A stretch of DNA of 63,978 nt, filler included, from Fonticula-like sp. SCN 57-25 (Eukaryota): the NCBI GenBank assembly GCA_001724245.1. It is 8 parts of 8 records of this genome, joined end to end, with 100 filler letters (N's around TTAATTAATTAA, not from the genome) between each part and the next. Parts side by side here need not be neighbours in the genome. Positions count along the whole stretch, not along the records: positions 1 to 7,979 come from MEDX01000319.1; positions 8,080 to 16,054 come from MEDX01000320.1; 6 more parts are not named here. One strand, written 5' to 3'. The notes below the pieces were generated by a model that saw nothing but the letters and a program-made list of their open reading frames with translations, was not told the origin of the DNA and did not search any database. Of the stretch, positions 1-11,096 are shown piece after piece. Position 1 is the stretch's first letter; every line of letters begins with the position of its first letter. A program made the translations under genes and the position numbers.

Positions 1-1
1 A

Positions 2-133
2 ACTGTGATTGAGGGAGGCACCAACACTATCCGCTTGGAAGGGCAATTGTGGCTGTTCCAACAAGATCCAACCGGAGAGACAAAAGATTGGGAGCTCGCC
101 GAAGTAGTCTTTTCAAGTAACATTAGGCTTTGA
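2..133 (+). CDS. 3' end of an unidentified gene (partial, window edge)
   Basis: Open frame TVIEGGTNTIRLEGQLWLF...SSNIRL* ending TGA at 131-133, followed by AATAAA; no family recognised. Confidence 0.3.
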   Translation, partial: TVIEGGTNTIRLEGQLWLFQQDPTGETKDWELAEVVFSSNIRL

Positions 134-291
134 AATAAAAATAAGCGCTAATCGCAATTGCAAAACATTGGAGTGGCACCAATAACTCACACCCCAGTTT
201 GCCAAGAAGGGTAACAAAGAGCACAAAGATCACAGTTGCAATTTAATTCAGCATACCATCATCCTAATGGTTACATGCAGCATGCTTTCCA

Positions 292-446
292 ACAGTGGTG
301 ACACACTGCAATCCCCAGTTGTGACATACTGAAATTGCCAGTTGTGAAATATTGAAATCGCCAGTTGTGACATACTGTAAACCCAATTGTGATTGAAATC
401 CTCAGTTGTGACATTTAATGCAGCATACTGTAGTCCCAGTGGTGAC
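292..446. repeat. Degenerate ~23-bp minisatellite (CCAGTTGTGACATACTGAAAT-like)
   Basis: 5-6 imperfect tandem copies of CAGTTGTGA(C/A)ATA(C/T)TG at ~23-nt spacing, between two convergent 3' ends. Confidence 0.7.
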
Positions 447-471
447 TTAAAAAAATATGTTAGCTTCCTCT

Positions 472-1182
472 CTATTTCTGTGCAACATACAGTTCACCAC
501 TTTGTAAAAAGTGAGTTGTCCCATTCTGCACCAATTCCCAAGTTTTCCCCTTGTCATTGCTTTGCAGTTCCGCAACACTAGCCACACCGCACCGAGGTTT
601 GTAATGTTCCAATTGCTCAGGACTCAGAAATGCCTCTACCGCAGCAATCACACAGGCACCGTGAGACACAAGGATGAGATCCGAGTCCCCACCATATTGC
701 TCCACAATTGCACGTACAGTACCCTGCACACGCTTGTTCAGCATTTCCCGCGTCTCGTGGAACGGAAATCTGCTCACGAAATTTTCCAACGAGGTGGACG
801 GACTGTACTGCATGGAGATGTGCGGTTTGAACGAATCGTGCATCGCGACTATACTTTGCGGGAGTCTGAGTGTACTCCATTGCTCGTAATAGCCGTCCCA
901 CTCCATGATTCCGTGATCCATGCAGATCTTCTTCTCTGGGAAAACATCGCACAGGGGGAGTGCGGTCTGAAGGCAGCGGGTGTACGGAGAGGAGAAGATG
1001 CTCGCATTCTGTAGCTTGAGATGCGCAAAATATTGGGCCAGATTCTGCGCTTGTTGCAATCCGAGCTCAGAGAGCACTGAATCGGTGTGTCGTGTTTTGT
1101 CCACAAGATCTTGCTTATCCATCCACTCCTTATCCACAAAATCACCACGCTGGCCGTGTCTAACAAGAAACAGTCTCACCAT
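472..1182 (-). CDS. Histidine phosphatase / phosphoglycerate mutase-like protein
   Basis: LFLVRHGQR (RHG motif), SSPYTRCLQTA, ILVSHG; ATG at 1182; intronless. Confidence 0.9.
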   Translation of the reverse strand: MVRLFLVRHGQRGDFVDKEWMDKQDLVDKTRHTDSVLSELGLQQAQNLAQYFAHLKLQNASIFSSPYTRCLQTALPLCDVFPEKKICMDHGIMEWDGYYEQWSTLRLPQSIVAMHDSFKPHISMQYSPSTSLENFVSRFPFHETREMLNKRVQGTVRAIVEQYGGDSDLILVSHGACVIAAVEAFLSPEQLEHYKPRCGVASVAELQSNDKGKTWELVQNGTTHFLQSGELYVAQK

Positions 1183-1417
1183 TGCTTCTCTTGTGTAAAA
1201 TTTTGTGTGTTTTTTTTTGCACACAACAAATACCAGTTGACAAGCATTGTAATTGCAAAAAAAAATTCTTCAACAGTTTGGGAGAATTTGTTAAGCACTC
1301 TCATTCTCAGCGAAAATAGATTGTAATAATAAATACGTGTCTCAAAAACTTTATCGCACATCACCGGTTGAGTGAGCTACCGACAGAGTAATTGTTTTTT
1401 TTCTTCATTCACGCTAA

Positions 1418-2940
1418 ATGGCAGACGAACCTGCGGTCGTGCTGGATAGCGGCACGGGGTACACCAAAGTCGGTTTCGCAGGGGACGACGAGCCGAAGAC
1501 GATCTTCAAATCTCTGGTCTACAAGCAGCAAAACCAGGAGTACCTGGTAGGGGAAGAGGTGCCCGAAAAATCAGACACGCCAATGGAGTGTATGTGCCCC
1601 ATTGAATTTGGAATGATAAAAGATTGGGATCTCATGCACCACATTTGGAAGTACTGCTACTCTGGGTTAGTTTGAAGAAAAAAACAAAAAACAAAAAAAC
1701 AACTCACTACTTGCTTATTCACACACATTTCGCAATAATTACGATTACAACCAAAATTACAACCACATTACAATTACAACCAACATTACAACCACATTTC
1801 ATCCATGGTTACAATTCCAATTACAACCACATTTCTCCATGATTACAACACATTACAACCACATTTCATCCATGGTTACAATTCCAATTACAACCAAAAT
1901 TACAATTACACATTACGATGATCACAATTACACCCCCACACACATTCAGTCGCGTGCTAGATGTGAACTCACAAGACCACCCAATTTTGATCAGCGAAAC
2001 ACCGTTGCTCCCAAAGAGCCACCGGGAGCGCCTGTGCCAAGTTCTCTTCGAAACGTACAATGTGCCCGGCCTCTACATTGCGAGCAGCCCCGCGCTCTCG
2101 CTGTACAGCGGCGGACGAACGACGGGCGCCGTGCTCGATGTTGGCGAGCGCGTCACCACCGTTGCCCCCGTGGTCGACGGGTACCTCGCGACCCACGCGT
2201 GCGAGACGCTCCCGCTCGGCGGACACGACATCACCGTTCGCTTCGACACGCTCCTCGCTCCGCGCAACCAGGAGCTCTTCACGGGAATGGGAATGAACGA
2301 CGCGGTGCGTCTGGAGATTGTCCAGGAGGCAAAGGAGAGGCACGCCCTCGTGGTCGCCAATCCGGAGCAGCAGCTTGCCGTTCTTCACAAGATGGTATCC
2401 AAGAAGCAGCAGATGCAGCAGCAACAGGTGCAGCAACAAGTGCAGCAACAGAAGAAGGGTGCTTCTGGTTCGCAGCAACAATCACAGCAACAGCAACAGT
2501 CGCTCGCGGATAAGATTTACGAGTTGCCGGATGGAAACCGATTGGTGATCGGTCCGCAGGAGAGATTCATGTGCACAGAGGTGCTCTTCTCGCCATTCGA
2601 GACACTCGGGCTTGAACTCGACGGGATCCACAAGCAGTTGTTCCACTCAGTCTTTCGTTGTAGCATAGAGCAGCGCAAGGAGCTGTTCAACAATATCGTG
2701 ATCACTGGTGGAACCTCGTTGCTCCCCGGGTTCCAGTCCAGGGTGCAGCAGGAGATTGAACAAATGGTGCCCACTCAGTTCCAGCCCGCAAATGTGATTG
2801 CCTCAAAGGAGAGAAGATTTGGTGCCTGGATGGGTGGTTCCATTGTTGCACAGCTCCCCTCAATGCAACAAATGTGGATTAGAAAAAGGGATTATAATGA
2901 ACATGGCCCGCAAATTATTAATCGAAAAACGTTTGCATAA
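1418..2940 (+). CDS. Divergent actin-related protein (2 exons; intron 1666-1949)
   Basis: VVLDSGTGYTKVGFAGDDEP, HPILISE, GAVLDVG, YELPDG, VITGGTSLLPG, AWMGGSI; the phase-2 GT..AG intron joins YCYSG/RVLD in frame. Confidence 0.9.
1735..1932. repeat. Intronic low-complexity (ATTACA)n-type repeat with a ~65-nt duplicated block
   Basis: Repeated ATTACAACC/ATTACAATT; ACATTACAACCACATTTCATCCATGGTTACAATTCCAATTACAACC occurs twice (~1783 and ~1849). Confidence 0.75.
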
Positions 2941-3142
2941 AAATACCAAAGATTCTATTTTGTTACACAGATCTCATTACTGGTTTCACGTTTTTTTACT
3001 CAAATGGTTACTGGTTATGATTTCAATGGATTTTTATAGTTAGAACTCCAATGGATTTCGAGTCAACATTCCACTGGTTTCGAGTCAACACTCGACTGGT
3101 TTCCACTGGTTTCCACTGGTTTCTGGTTATTACAGACGTGTC

Positions 3143-5092
3143 TCATTCCAATAGTTTCCATTGTCTCTGTTTGGCTAATTGTTGCAATGCGGGTGTCATT
3201 GGTGCACCATGTTTGAGTAAAAGTTTCGCAATACTTTGCTCTCCTTGGCGTAGTTCATCACTTCCGTCGTTACAGGTTGCCAGATCGACAAGTAATTGGA
3301 TAGGTGTGACAGATGCTGCAACATCATCGCCAGAACCTGTTGTTGATTGCATCTCTTGGTCCACTTTAGCGTTTCGCTCCAATAAGCCTTGTACTAGTGC
3401 AACATCTCGCATGGAAATTGCATGATGCAGTGGGTAAGTGTGGCTCAGAAAATCTTGATTCAATGGATCATTGATACCAATCGCATTCACTATCTTATTG
3501 CAATTCAGAAACAGTAGCATCACCTCCGTAGACACATTGTAAAGCAGTGCAACGTGGAACGCGGTAGAGCCTTGGCTGTTCTTGGTGATTAACGAGACAC
3601 CAACTTCCTCCAACAAAAATTTCACCAACTGTGCATTGTCACTTCGTGCAGCATAATGCAATGAGTTACATAATTCGGCATCAGTAACGTGTGGGTCGAC
3701 CCCTCTCTCCATGAGAATCTTCACAGCTTCAAATGCACCTTGTTCGCTCGCCATATGGATAATACGGGTGCCTGTCTCATTTACTTGTGCTTCAATCGGT
3801 GCATTACGGTCAACCAAGTATTTGAAAACTTGCACTTGATGGAACGAATTGCAAAGCATGTAGGCACCATCCTCCCCTTGGAAATCAATCTTACACTTGA
3901 ACTCCTCATACAATATTTTAAATACTGTAAAATGTTGGACACTATAGTGAATTGCACGCAATGATTGATCATCTTCTTGCTCCAATAATGAGGGATAGTG
4001 TGTTGCAAGGAGACGCACCAAATCCACATTTCCAGATTTTGTTGCCGCATGTAACGGGGTAAACTGGCCCTTTGGTGGGACAAAATTGAGCTTATATTGC
4101 TGTAACAGTTGCACCAATTGCATCCTCTTCTTGTGCTCCTGTTTCGTGACTGGAGCTGAGCCTGTCAATTGCTTGATCAAATCACTGAGTTGTTCATTCA
4201 AATCTGAACAGGCCCACACACTTGGTAGTTGACCTTGGAAAAGTGCCTCATGCTCCTTACTTTTGTCAAATCTTGGTACCTTTCCATGATACAGCTCCAA
4301 GAGATATTGCGCTAACTGCACTCGTGCTCCTTGACATGCAGCGCTAAGCATACAGGGGATATCTGCATGATCCAGCTGAAATATCTGCTCCAATATGAAG
4401 CGTACTGTATCCAGTTGACCACACAAATATGCGTAATAAATGGGCAACATGTTCAACCCGTCTCGTTTCGTGAGTAGGGAAATGTATTCATTGAGATTTG
4501 AACTACACTCTTGTTTCAAGCAAAACTGGATAACATCAACACGACCCTGTGCCGCACACTTTGATAGAACCGAAATATGTTGTAAACTTCCATCGCCCAA
4601 GTTGGCCAACTGAAATGGCGGGAGAGTTGTGTACAGCCGCATTACGAGATCGAAATGGTGGCGATCGCAAAAAGCATGGAGTATGGGCTTGTCAATCATA
4701 TCAAGAGTGAGCAAAATACCCTTGAGTTGTTTCCCCAGTAGTTGTAATTGTGATGCGTGGTGTTGAGATAACGAGTGTAGTTGAAAGAGGGCAAGTAAAT
4801 CCTGCAAAGGTTGTTGCTGCGCTCCCATTTCCGATCTCAATTTCAACAGTGCATCGTGGATTGACTTCACTTTCAAAACAAGTTGCAAGCGTGTGGTAAA
4901 CGCATAACGAAGCAAGGTGCAATCTGCGAGCAATTCTAGTAGCGTTTTGAAAAAGTGATCATTCACGCTCGCTATTTGCGAGTTGCATAGTTCTTTCAGG
5001 TCCTTGGGAACCTGCTGGGATTGCTCGTTGCTATACTCTTGCTCAGCACGCTCCAAGTCAATGATGTATTCGTCTGACTCGTACTGCAACAT
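3143..5092 (-). CDS. Ankyrin-repeat protein (649 aa)
   Basis: Multiple ankyrin motifs: TPLHAATKSGNVDLVRLL, IIHMASEQGAFEAVKILM, SLHYAARSDNAQLVKFLL, YPLHHAISMRDVALV. Confidence 0.9.
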   Translation of the reverse strand: MLQYESDEYIIDLERAEQEYSNEQSQQVPKDLKELCNSQIASVNDHFFKTLLELLADCTLLRYAFTTRLQLVLKVKSIHDALLKLRSEMGAQQQPLQDLLALFQLHSLSQHHASQLQLLGKQLKGILLTLDMIDKPILHAFCDRHHFDLVMRLYTTLPPFQLANLGDGSLQHISVLSKCAAQGRVDVIQFCLKQECSSNLNEYISLLTKRDGLNMLPIYYAYLCGQLDTVRFILEQIFQLDHADIPCMLSAACQGARVQLAQYLLELYHGKVPRFDKSKEHEALFQGQLPSVWACSDLNEQLSDLIKQLTGSAPVTKQEHKKRMQLVQLLQQYKLNFVPPKGQFTPLHAATKSGNVDLVRLLATHYPSLLEQEDDQSLRAIHYSVQHFTVFKILYEEFKCKIDFQGEDGAYMLCNSFHQVQVFKYLVDRNAPIEAQVNETGTRIIHMASEQGAFEAVKILMERGVDPHVTDAELCNSLHYAARSDNAQLVKFLLEEVGVSLITKNSQGSTAFHVALLYNVSTEVMLLFLNCNKIVNAIGINDPLNQDFLSHTYPLHHAISMRDVALVQGLLERNAKVDQEMQSTTGSGDDVAASVTPIQLLVDLATCNDGSDELRQGEQSIAKLLLKHGAPMTPALQQLAKQRQWKLLE

Positions 5093-5401
5093 GACAACTC
5101 GTTAGTTGACTGAGAATGAGAAACAAAAAATCTCTCTTCCCAAGGCTAACAGGTAACATTTCCAAAACGAATCCATTACAAATTTGCAGTTGAGTTGGGC
5201 ATTGTTACAACAAGAATGTGCTTGAAGGCTGATTTATTCTTTCACTACTCAAGATACTTCATGAAAAAAACAAAATAGAAATACAACACTGAAAATTTTC
5301 ACATCCTATTACAACACTCAGTGGACTGTAGAGTGCCGCGCAATCTTGTCAACCAAATAATTTTGTGTTTCAAAAGTCGAAAAAAACAACTTGTAGAGAC
5401 A

Positions 5402-7551
5402 ATGGAATTCAACTACCCTGTTGCCATTCCGTGGGTGATATTCGGTCTTTCAGTGTTCCTGCTGCTGCTTCTGGCAGTCGCTTTTGTGTTTGCGTTCAAG
5501 AGCAGCAAAAAGTGGGCGCTCTTCCCGTCGTTCATAACGATCAGCGGCCTCACTGTCGCGCTCCTCTACAGCTTCCTGATACCAGTCGATATTTTCTCAG
5601 TTTCTCAGATCCTCGATCCGTTGCCCTTTCAGCTGCCTATTCGCATCATCTACTACTCGGTCTTTCTGCTCCTCTTGATCTATGCGACCGCTGTTGTCCC
5701 GTTTGCGTACTTTTGGTACGAAGAGAGTGACGTACGTGCGAGAGTGATTCACACGAACACGAACACTCACTATAATTTTGTTCACACACCATTTTACATT
5801 GAATGTGCAAATGAAATTTAATCTCAAAATGCACACCACATGATGAATTTGTGATGCATGTGATAATATTTGTGATGATGATTAATTTGTGATGCATGTG
5901 ATAATATTTGTGATGACAACATTTCCAGGCTACTTGTGGTTGGCGTGTGATTGGTGCACTCAAGTACACAATTTTCACAATATTGTGTGCGGTACTCCTG
6001 ATTGTGCTTGCGCTCGTGTTGCGTCTCGCTGATCAACGTTTCGACAGCGGTGGAGAGTGGCTACGAGCAATAGTGGATTCCGAGAACTTTGGAGACCGCT
6101 CCCTCTCCTTTCTCGTTGCAGCACTGGTCACCCTTGGTCTCCTCCCGTGGCTGACCTACACCACCTACGGACTCGCAGCGCTGCCCTGGAGCTGTCTGAA
6201 GCGACGTCGTCGCGGCATCACGGGGATCACGGGGAGTGAGCTCACGGATGATAAGGGAGAGCTGCAGCGTCTGGTCCAGGAGGAGATTGGTGAGATCAAG
6301 GAGAACAAGCGGCAGATTCGTCGTGTTCACGAAATGAACAGGAAACCGTTGAGTGCCAAGGAGAGCAGCAGTATGCGTCAGTTCAATGCTCGCTTGCGCT
6401 TTCTACAACAGAAGCTTATGGAGCTCAAGGGAGATGACAGTTCCAGCACATCGACCACCACTGGTCTTATTGCGTGCTGTCGTGCACTGGGTAACTGTCT
6501 GGATAGCGCTCTGCTGTATCCGATTCGTATTATTGTCGGCATTGCTCTACTGATTGTGGTTGCAGTGCTCATGACCAGCATAATTATCTCTCAAATCGAT
6601 CGCACAATGCACAGTAAGTGTGGCTGGACATGTGGTTTTGCGATTGCCAATATTCGTCTTTGGAATCCATTGGACTTTTGTCTCACATTTGCCAGTCAGT
6701 GGTTCCCCCTGGACTATGCCCTGTACACGCTGATATTGTGGCTGGTTCTTGTGGCAACAATTGTAGGACTTGCAACACTGGGTATCAGATTCCTGTGCAT
6801 TCACTTGTACAAGATACGATTCAGAAGTACAGTACCACAGGGCATGCTCACAGCGAGTGTGCTTCTCATGAGCACAGTGCTGATCTTCTCATTTTGGAGT
6901 GTACCCTCCTGGGCACCACAGTACTCTGCATTTGGTGCTCAGCATTTTGTACCCAATATCACTAGTAATGCTACTGGAAATGGTACAAGAACAACAACAA
7001 TGATTGCTCTGAAGGCAACAACTTCATTGAGGACAATGTTCCTGCAACATCTTGCTATTGCCAGTAATGATGGTGACTCCATGGGTAATGCACAGAATGA
7101 AACACTAGTACCCATTTGGTGCAACTATGATGGGATAGTTGTGAATGATGGAACACCAAGCACTAATCGCACACGCAATGGGACAGCACAGCCACATTAT
7201 AATGTGATTGGTCGACCGTGCTATGCAAGCCAAGTCTCCACACTAATGGACAGAATCGCATTGAGAGCGCCCTATTTGTCATTTATCTTCTATGTTGCCA
7301 ACTGGGCATTTGTAGTACTGTTTGTTCTTTACAGCTTGATAGCAATATGCCGATCACCAGCTACCTGTGAAAAGGAGGCAGACTACGACAACGAGAATGG
7401 AGATCAGATGGATGAACATGATGAACAGGATGCAGAGGAAGAGGCCAATCGTATCTTGTCATCCAAACGCTCACGAAGAAATTACTCGTCCAGCAGCAGA
7501 TCACGAAGAAGAGTGGCATCGGAGGACGACTATGACGAAGAAAATCTGTAA
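5402..7551 (+). CDS. LMBRD1: LMBR1-family membrane protein, lysosomal cobalamin transporter LMBD1-like (intron 5732-5928)
   Basis: FLIPVDIF, VPFAYFWYEE, YTTYGLAALP, SQIDRTMHSKCGWTCGF, FPLDY, APQYSAFGAQ; the phase-0 GTACGT..CAG intron joins the two ORFs. Confidence 0.75.
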
Positions 7552-7930
7552 ACAACAACAATAATTTATGTTCCCCAATCAGCTTGGCCAATCAAACTCC
7601 TTGTAAATGCGTTTTTTTTTCATGGACCAGAGCAATTTCTTTGAAGTTATCAGTTAAATTTTTAATGTTGCCAAGTAATTTTGACAAATCCGTCTTCCAA
7701 TTGTTTGATGGTATTTGTTGCTAAATCTTTCGCAATAGGTGGAAGTGTTGCTTCTACTCAAGGGATATCTTTGGGAATCTGTTACTTTTTTTGAACATCT
7801 AAAATCTAAGCAAAAAATTCTGTGAAATTGCATCGTACTCACATGAGGTTGAGTGAGTAGTTGATCATTTCAGATTGCAAAGAGACACAGCTCGCTTTTC
7901 TGCACCACATGCTTATTTGAAGCAAAAGAA

Positions 7931-7979
7931 ATGGAAAACATTGTCTGCCAGCTCTGCTACCAGTTGTATGATGAACCTG
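7931..7979 (+). CDS. Start of a possible RING-finger protein (partial)
   Basis: MENIVCQLCYQLYDEP resembles the CxxC-x5-P start of a RING-HC domain; cut by the contig end. Confidence 0.45.
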
Positions 7980-8079
7980 NNNNNNNNNNNNNNNNNNNNN
8001 NNNNNNNNNNNNNNNNNNNNNNNTTAATTAATTAANNNNNNNNNNNNNNNNNNNNNNNNNNNNNNNNNNNNNNNNNNNN
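7980..8079. other. Artificial contig linker (also 16055-16154, 24131-24230, 32185-32284, 40234-40333, 48232-48331, 56214-56313)
   Basis: Identical 100-nt N44-TTAATTAATTAA-N44 spacers with stops in all frames; contig sizes fall roughly monotonically (~7.98 to ~7.88 kb). Confidence 0.99.
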
Positions 8080-8160
8080 ATAAGCCGTTGTACTAGTTCA
8101 ATATATTGTCTTTCCCCTCTTTGCTTTACACTCACTGCGAGTACCGGCGAACGCACGCTC
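8080..8160. repeat. Fragment of the dispersed repeat family also at 16475-16550
   Basis: CTTTACACTCACTGCGAGTACCGGCGAACGCA matches TTTAACACTCACTGCGAGTGATCGGCGAGCGCA at ~16515. Confidence 0.65.
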
Positions 8161-8334
8161 AGACAGAGAGCACAACAGTTGACACAGGCATAAAACGTTT
8201 TTCAGATTTGTACACCCAAAAACGTTTTTCAAACCGAACGTAGCCTACGAAACTATGGCCAACTGGCATATTATAAGCTATACTAAAGCTTTTAATACTC
8301 TTATATTTGGAACTTCCTAACTCGAGTGCTGGTT

Positions 8335-9789
8335 CTAGTTTGAGCATAGCTTCGCAGCAGCTGCTTCACATTTGGTGATAGCTAATTATCCGGTATCAGT
8401 ATGAGTGTATCGTCCAATTCATATTCGTACCACGGCAAGAGGTGCCCGAGCCAGTGTACCCTGCATTACACTCACAGGTACCGGTGCTCGGGTTGCAGGT
8501 CGCATTAGCATTGCATACAACAGAGAAGCAGTTATCGACTATGGACGTTGCGTTACTATTGAAATCTACTAATTCACGCGCGCACCCGTGCATGTGTCGC
8601 CTGAGCCTGTGTATCCCTCATTACACTCACAGGTACCGGTGCTCGGGTTGCAGGTCGCATTAGAATCGCATACAACAGAGGCACAGTTATCTATTTTGGA
8701 CGTGGCGTTACTATTGAAGTCTACTAATTCACGTGCGTACCCGTGCACGTGGCGCCTGAGCCGGAGTACCCAAAGTTACAGGTGCAGGATCCGCTCGTCT
8801 GGTCACAGGTCGCATTTGGGTCGCAAATGCGATAATTGAAAGAAAGGAAAGTCCCGTAATCCGGACCGGAGGCCCAGGTGATGAAGTATACGTCTCTTGA
8901 ATCACTGAAAGCGTGTCGGAAGCCGGTCTGAAACACGTACGAATTAGAACGCAATTCGGCAACGAACCGCTCGTACGTGGGTGTTGGAAAGGCGAACTGC
9001 AGCATTTAAGGTTTCTGGAGTGATCGGGATGTAGCCATGGCTATTTTGTTTGGGTGGTTTAGTGTATGAAGCCGGAAATATCCCTTGGCGTACCTACCTT
9101 CTCGAATGTACTGCGTCGCAATAGCCACTGTTCCCACTTGTGTACCGGTCGATGGTTGGTTGTTCCATGTAATCGCTTTGTTGGTCCTATACATGGGCGT
9201 GGTGCGGCTAAAGTAAGCGCTGGTCAAGTTGATATGCCATGGCATGCGCACCATGTTGTCGCCGGCGCGTCAACCCGAATCTCACTGAACGTGAGACCGA
9301 AAGTTGATTCCAAGGAGGGCATGATGTAAAATTTGGGAACACCAAAAGCGCAAAAACGCGTCGGCGATGGCTGTTCAGTTTTAGATGGCGCAAAGTTAGC
9401 TTGCTCAGACTACAGAAAGCGGAAAGGGATTCAACCAGGGTCGGGTTTCGTACCGCGAAAGGAAGGAAGTTGAACATGTGGTAACTGTAGCGCGTTGGCC
9501 CACTCCAATCTCCCGAAAGATGGTACGATGTGTCGTCTATATCATTTCTATGTCACTTCTGGATCAATAGAGTTTGATCGACATCGTACGCGGAGGGCCC
9601 CAATTGGCGTCGGGGAGATCACGGTATACGTAGTCCCCTGCAAACTCGTGCGCCACGTTGTACATGTCCCCCTCTGAAGCATCTGTATTTATGTGTTATA
9701 ATCAGATGGCAACATTAGGACGTACCGCAGGCGACGATCGCTGCCAGCAATGCCAGCAGCACTAGCTCCGCGCGCGGCGCTCTTGCCAT
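8335..9789 (-). CDS. Secreted DNRLRE/CBM96-like domain + 3 EGF-like repeats protein (10 exons, 9 short introns)
   Basis: Signal peptide MARAPRAELVLLALLAAIVAC; the spliced product contains DYVYRDLPDANWG, RYSYHMFNF, WTNKAITWNNQP, then CDPNATCDQTSGSCTCNFGYSGSGATC and two near-identical EGF units; all introns are GT(A/G)CG..AG and frame-consistent; TAG at 8335-8337. Confidence 0.75.
8430..8765 (-). repeat. 155-bp tandem duplication (EGF exon + intron unit)
   Basis: TTACACTCACAGGTACCGGTGCTCGGGTTGCAGGTCGCATTAG at 8466 and 8621; introns 8691-8740 and 8539-8585 are homologous. Confidence 0.9.
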
Positions 9790-9929
9790 CTTGCTGCCCA
9801 GCCTGCTCTTTTTCTTTGACCTTCGCTGATTGGTTGCTTTTAGCCAACCGGGTGATCTCATCCTTCCATTTATGGGAGCTCCTCGGAAGTCCTCCGCGCC
9901 GCCGGCCTCCGCGACTTCGCACGCCTTGT

Positions 9930-11033
9930 CGTGCCTTCGCACGGCGGCTGTGGCCCCCATCTACGTTGAGGTGGATCATTTGTGGTCGTTGACGTGGACA
10001 TTACCAGTAAGCTGTGCTCGTATGTTCTTCAAAACATCCCTACAGCCACTGATGTTCCCCGCATCGAACTCGTCGTTCGGTCGGAACCAGTGCGACCGGT
10101 TATTCTTGTTGAACCTGACTTGAGCCTGACGTGAACCTGACATGAACTTGACTTGAGCTACGGCGCTGGGCACTTTACCATTATTTGCGTTCGTTTCTTT
10201 GAATGGCCACACCGACGCACTCTCCGCGCTCCGCGCACCAGTGGCGGGGTGCGGCGCCGGCCCGCCGCGGCGCCATCGGTCGAGCATCGTGCACTCATAA
10301 CCGCGCTCTGTGTACTTTTCTGAGCGTTGTAGGTCGCTCGCTGGTGCCGCTGGGGCATATTTTGATTCCGGGCATGCCGCATCTGCGAGATCTTTTGCGC
10401 CGCTCGATTTGATCTTGCGCATCGCGCGGCGGTCAGCCACGCCGTTCGGGGCCGCGAAGGATCTGACAAGCGGAGCACCTTTTTATTGTTGCCTAGTGGT
10501 CGTGCAACTGCTAGAACCTTGAACGTAGGTTACGTTTATTGACTGAAACTTGCGCAGTCTTTTACCCGTCGGGGATCTTCGTATCCTCTTAACCTTCTTT
10601 TTCCGTGCACGCGGCATCTTTCACTCCTCGCGCAAGCTTGGAGATCTTCCGTGGACTAGTTTTACAACGTCCTCCGGGCTTCGGCTCGACATCTTTCGGC
10701 TGCGTGATTGAGTTTTGCATATCAGCATCTTCTGCTCGTCAGATCATCTTCCAACTTTCGTCGCATGATCTCTTTCGTAATGTGCGTCGATTGTGAGCTC
10801 TTTGTAAAGGTCATTGACCTTGGGATTAATAACAATTACCAACCCCAAGGCTGCCCGCCTTTTCAGAAGGACCGAGACGGACAGAAACGGTCGACTGCAA
10901 TCAGCTTGGCAGTTCCCGTACAGAAAATTGAAAAGCCTGCTTATTTATTCCGATAATTGAAAATTGGTGCCAAAATTGAAAATTGGTTTTGGATTTTGCA
11001 CGACGAAAATTAATTTTTAAAGTAAATGGACCC
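9930..11033 (-). mobile_element. Degenerate multicopy element, possibly a DNA-transposon (pogo/DDE-like) relic
   Basis: 10581-10848 is similar to 16155-16629, and 10936-11033 is similar to the reverse complement of 24032-24130. A long minus-strand frame has few stops, one of which (REE*KMP) is TGG in the contig-3 copy (REEWKMP). It ends in a frameshifted IHLNVDGGHS resembling the DDE_1 LxxDxxxxH motif (weak). Confidence 0.5.
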
Positions 11034-11096
11034 TTAGATATCATCATATAGTAACGAAGGGTAGTGTATTTGTACAACAATGAGCGTTATTGAATC

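Noticed and set aside
292-446. Possible CRISPR-like array
   Set aside because: Units are contiguous and degenerate with no unique spacers, in a eukaryotic context with no cas genes.
7980-8079. TTAATTAATTAA palindromes recurring every ~8 kb
   Set aside because: Artificial all-frame-stop linkers inside N runs; adjacency across them has no biological meaning.
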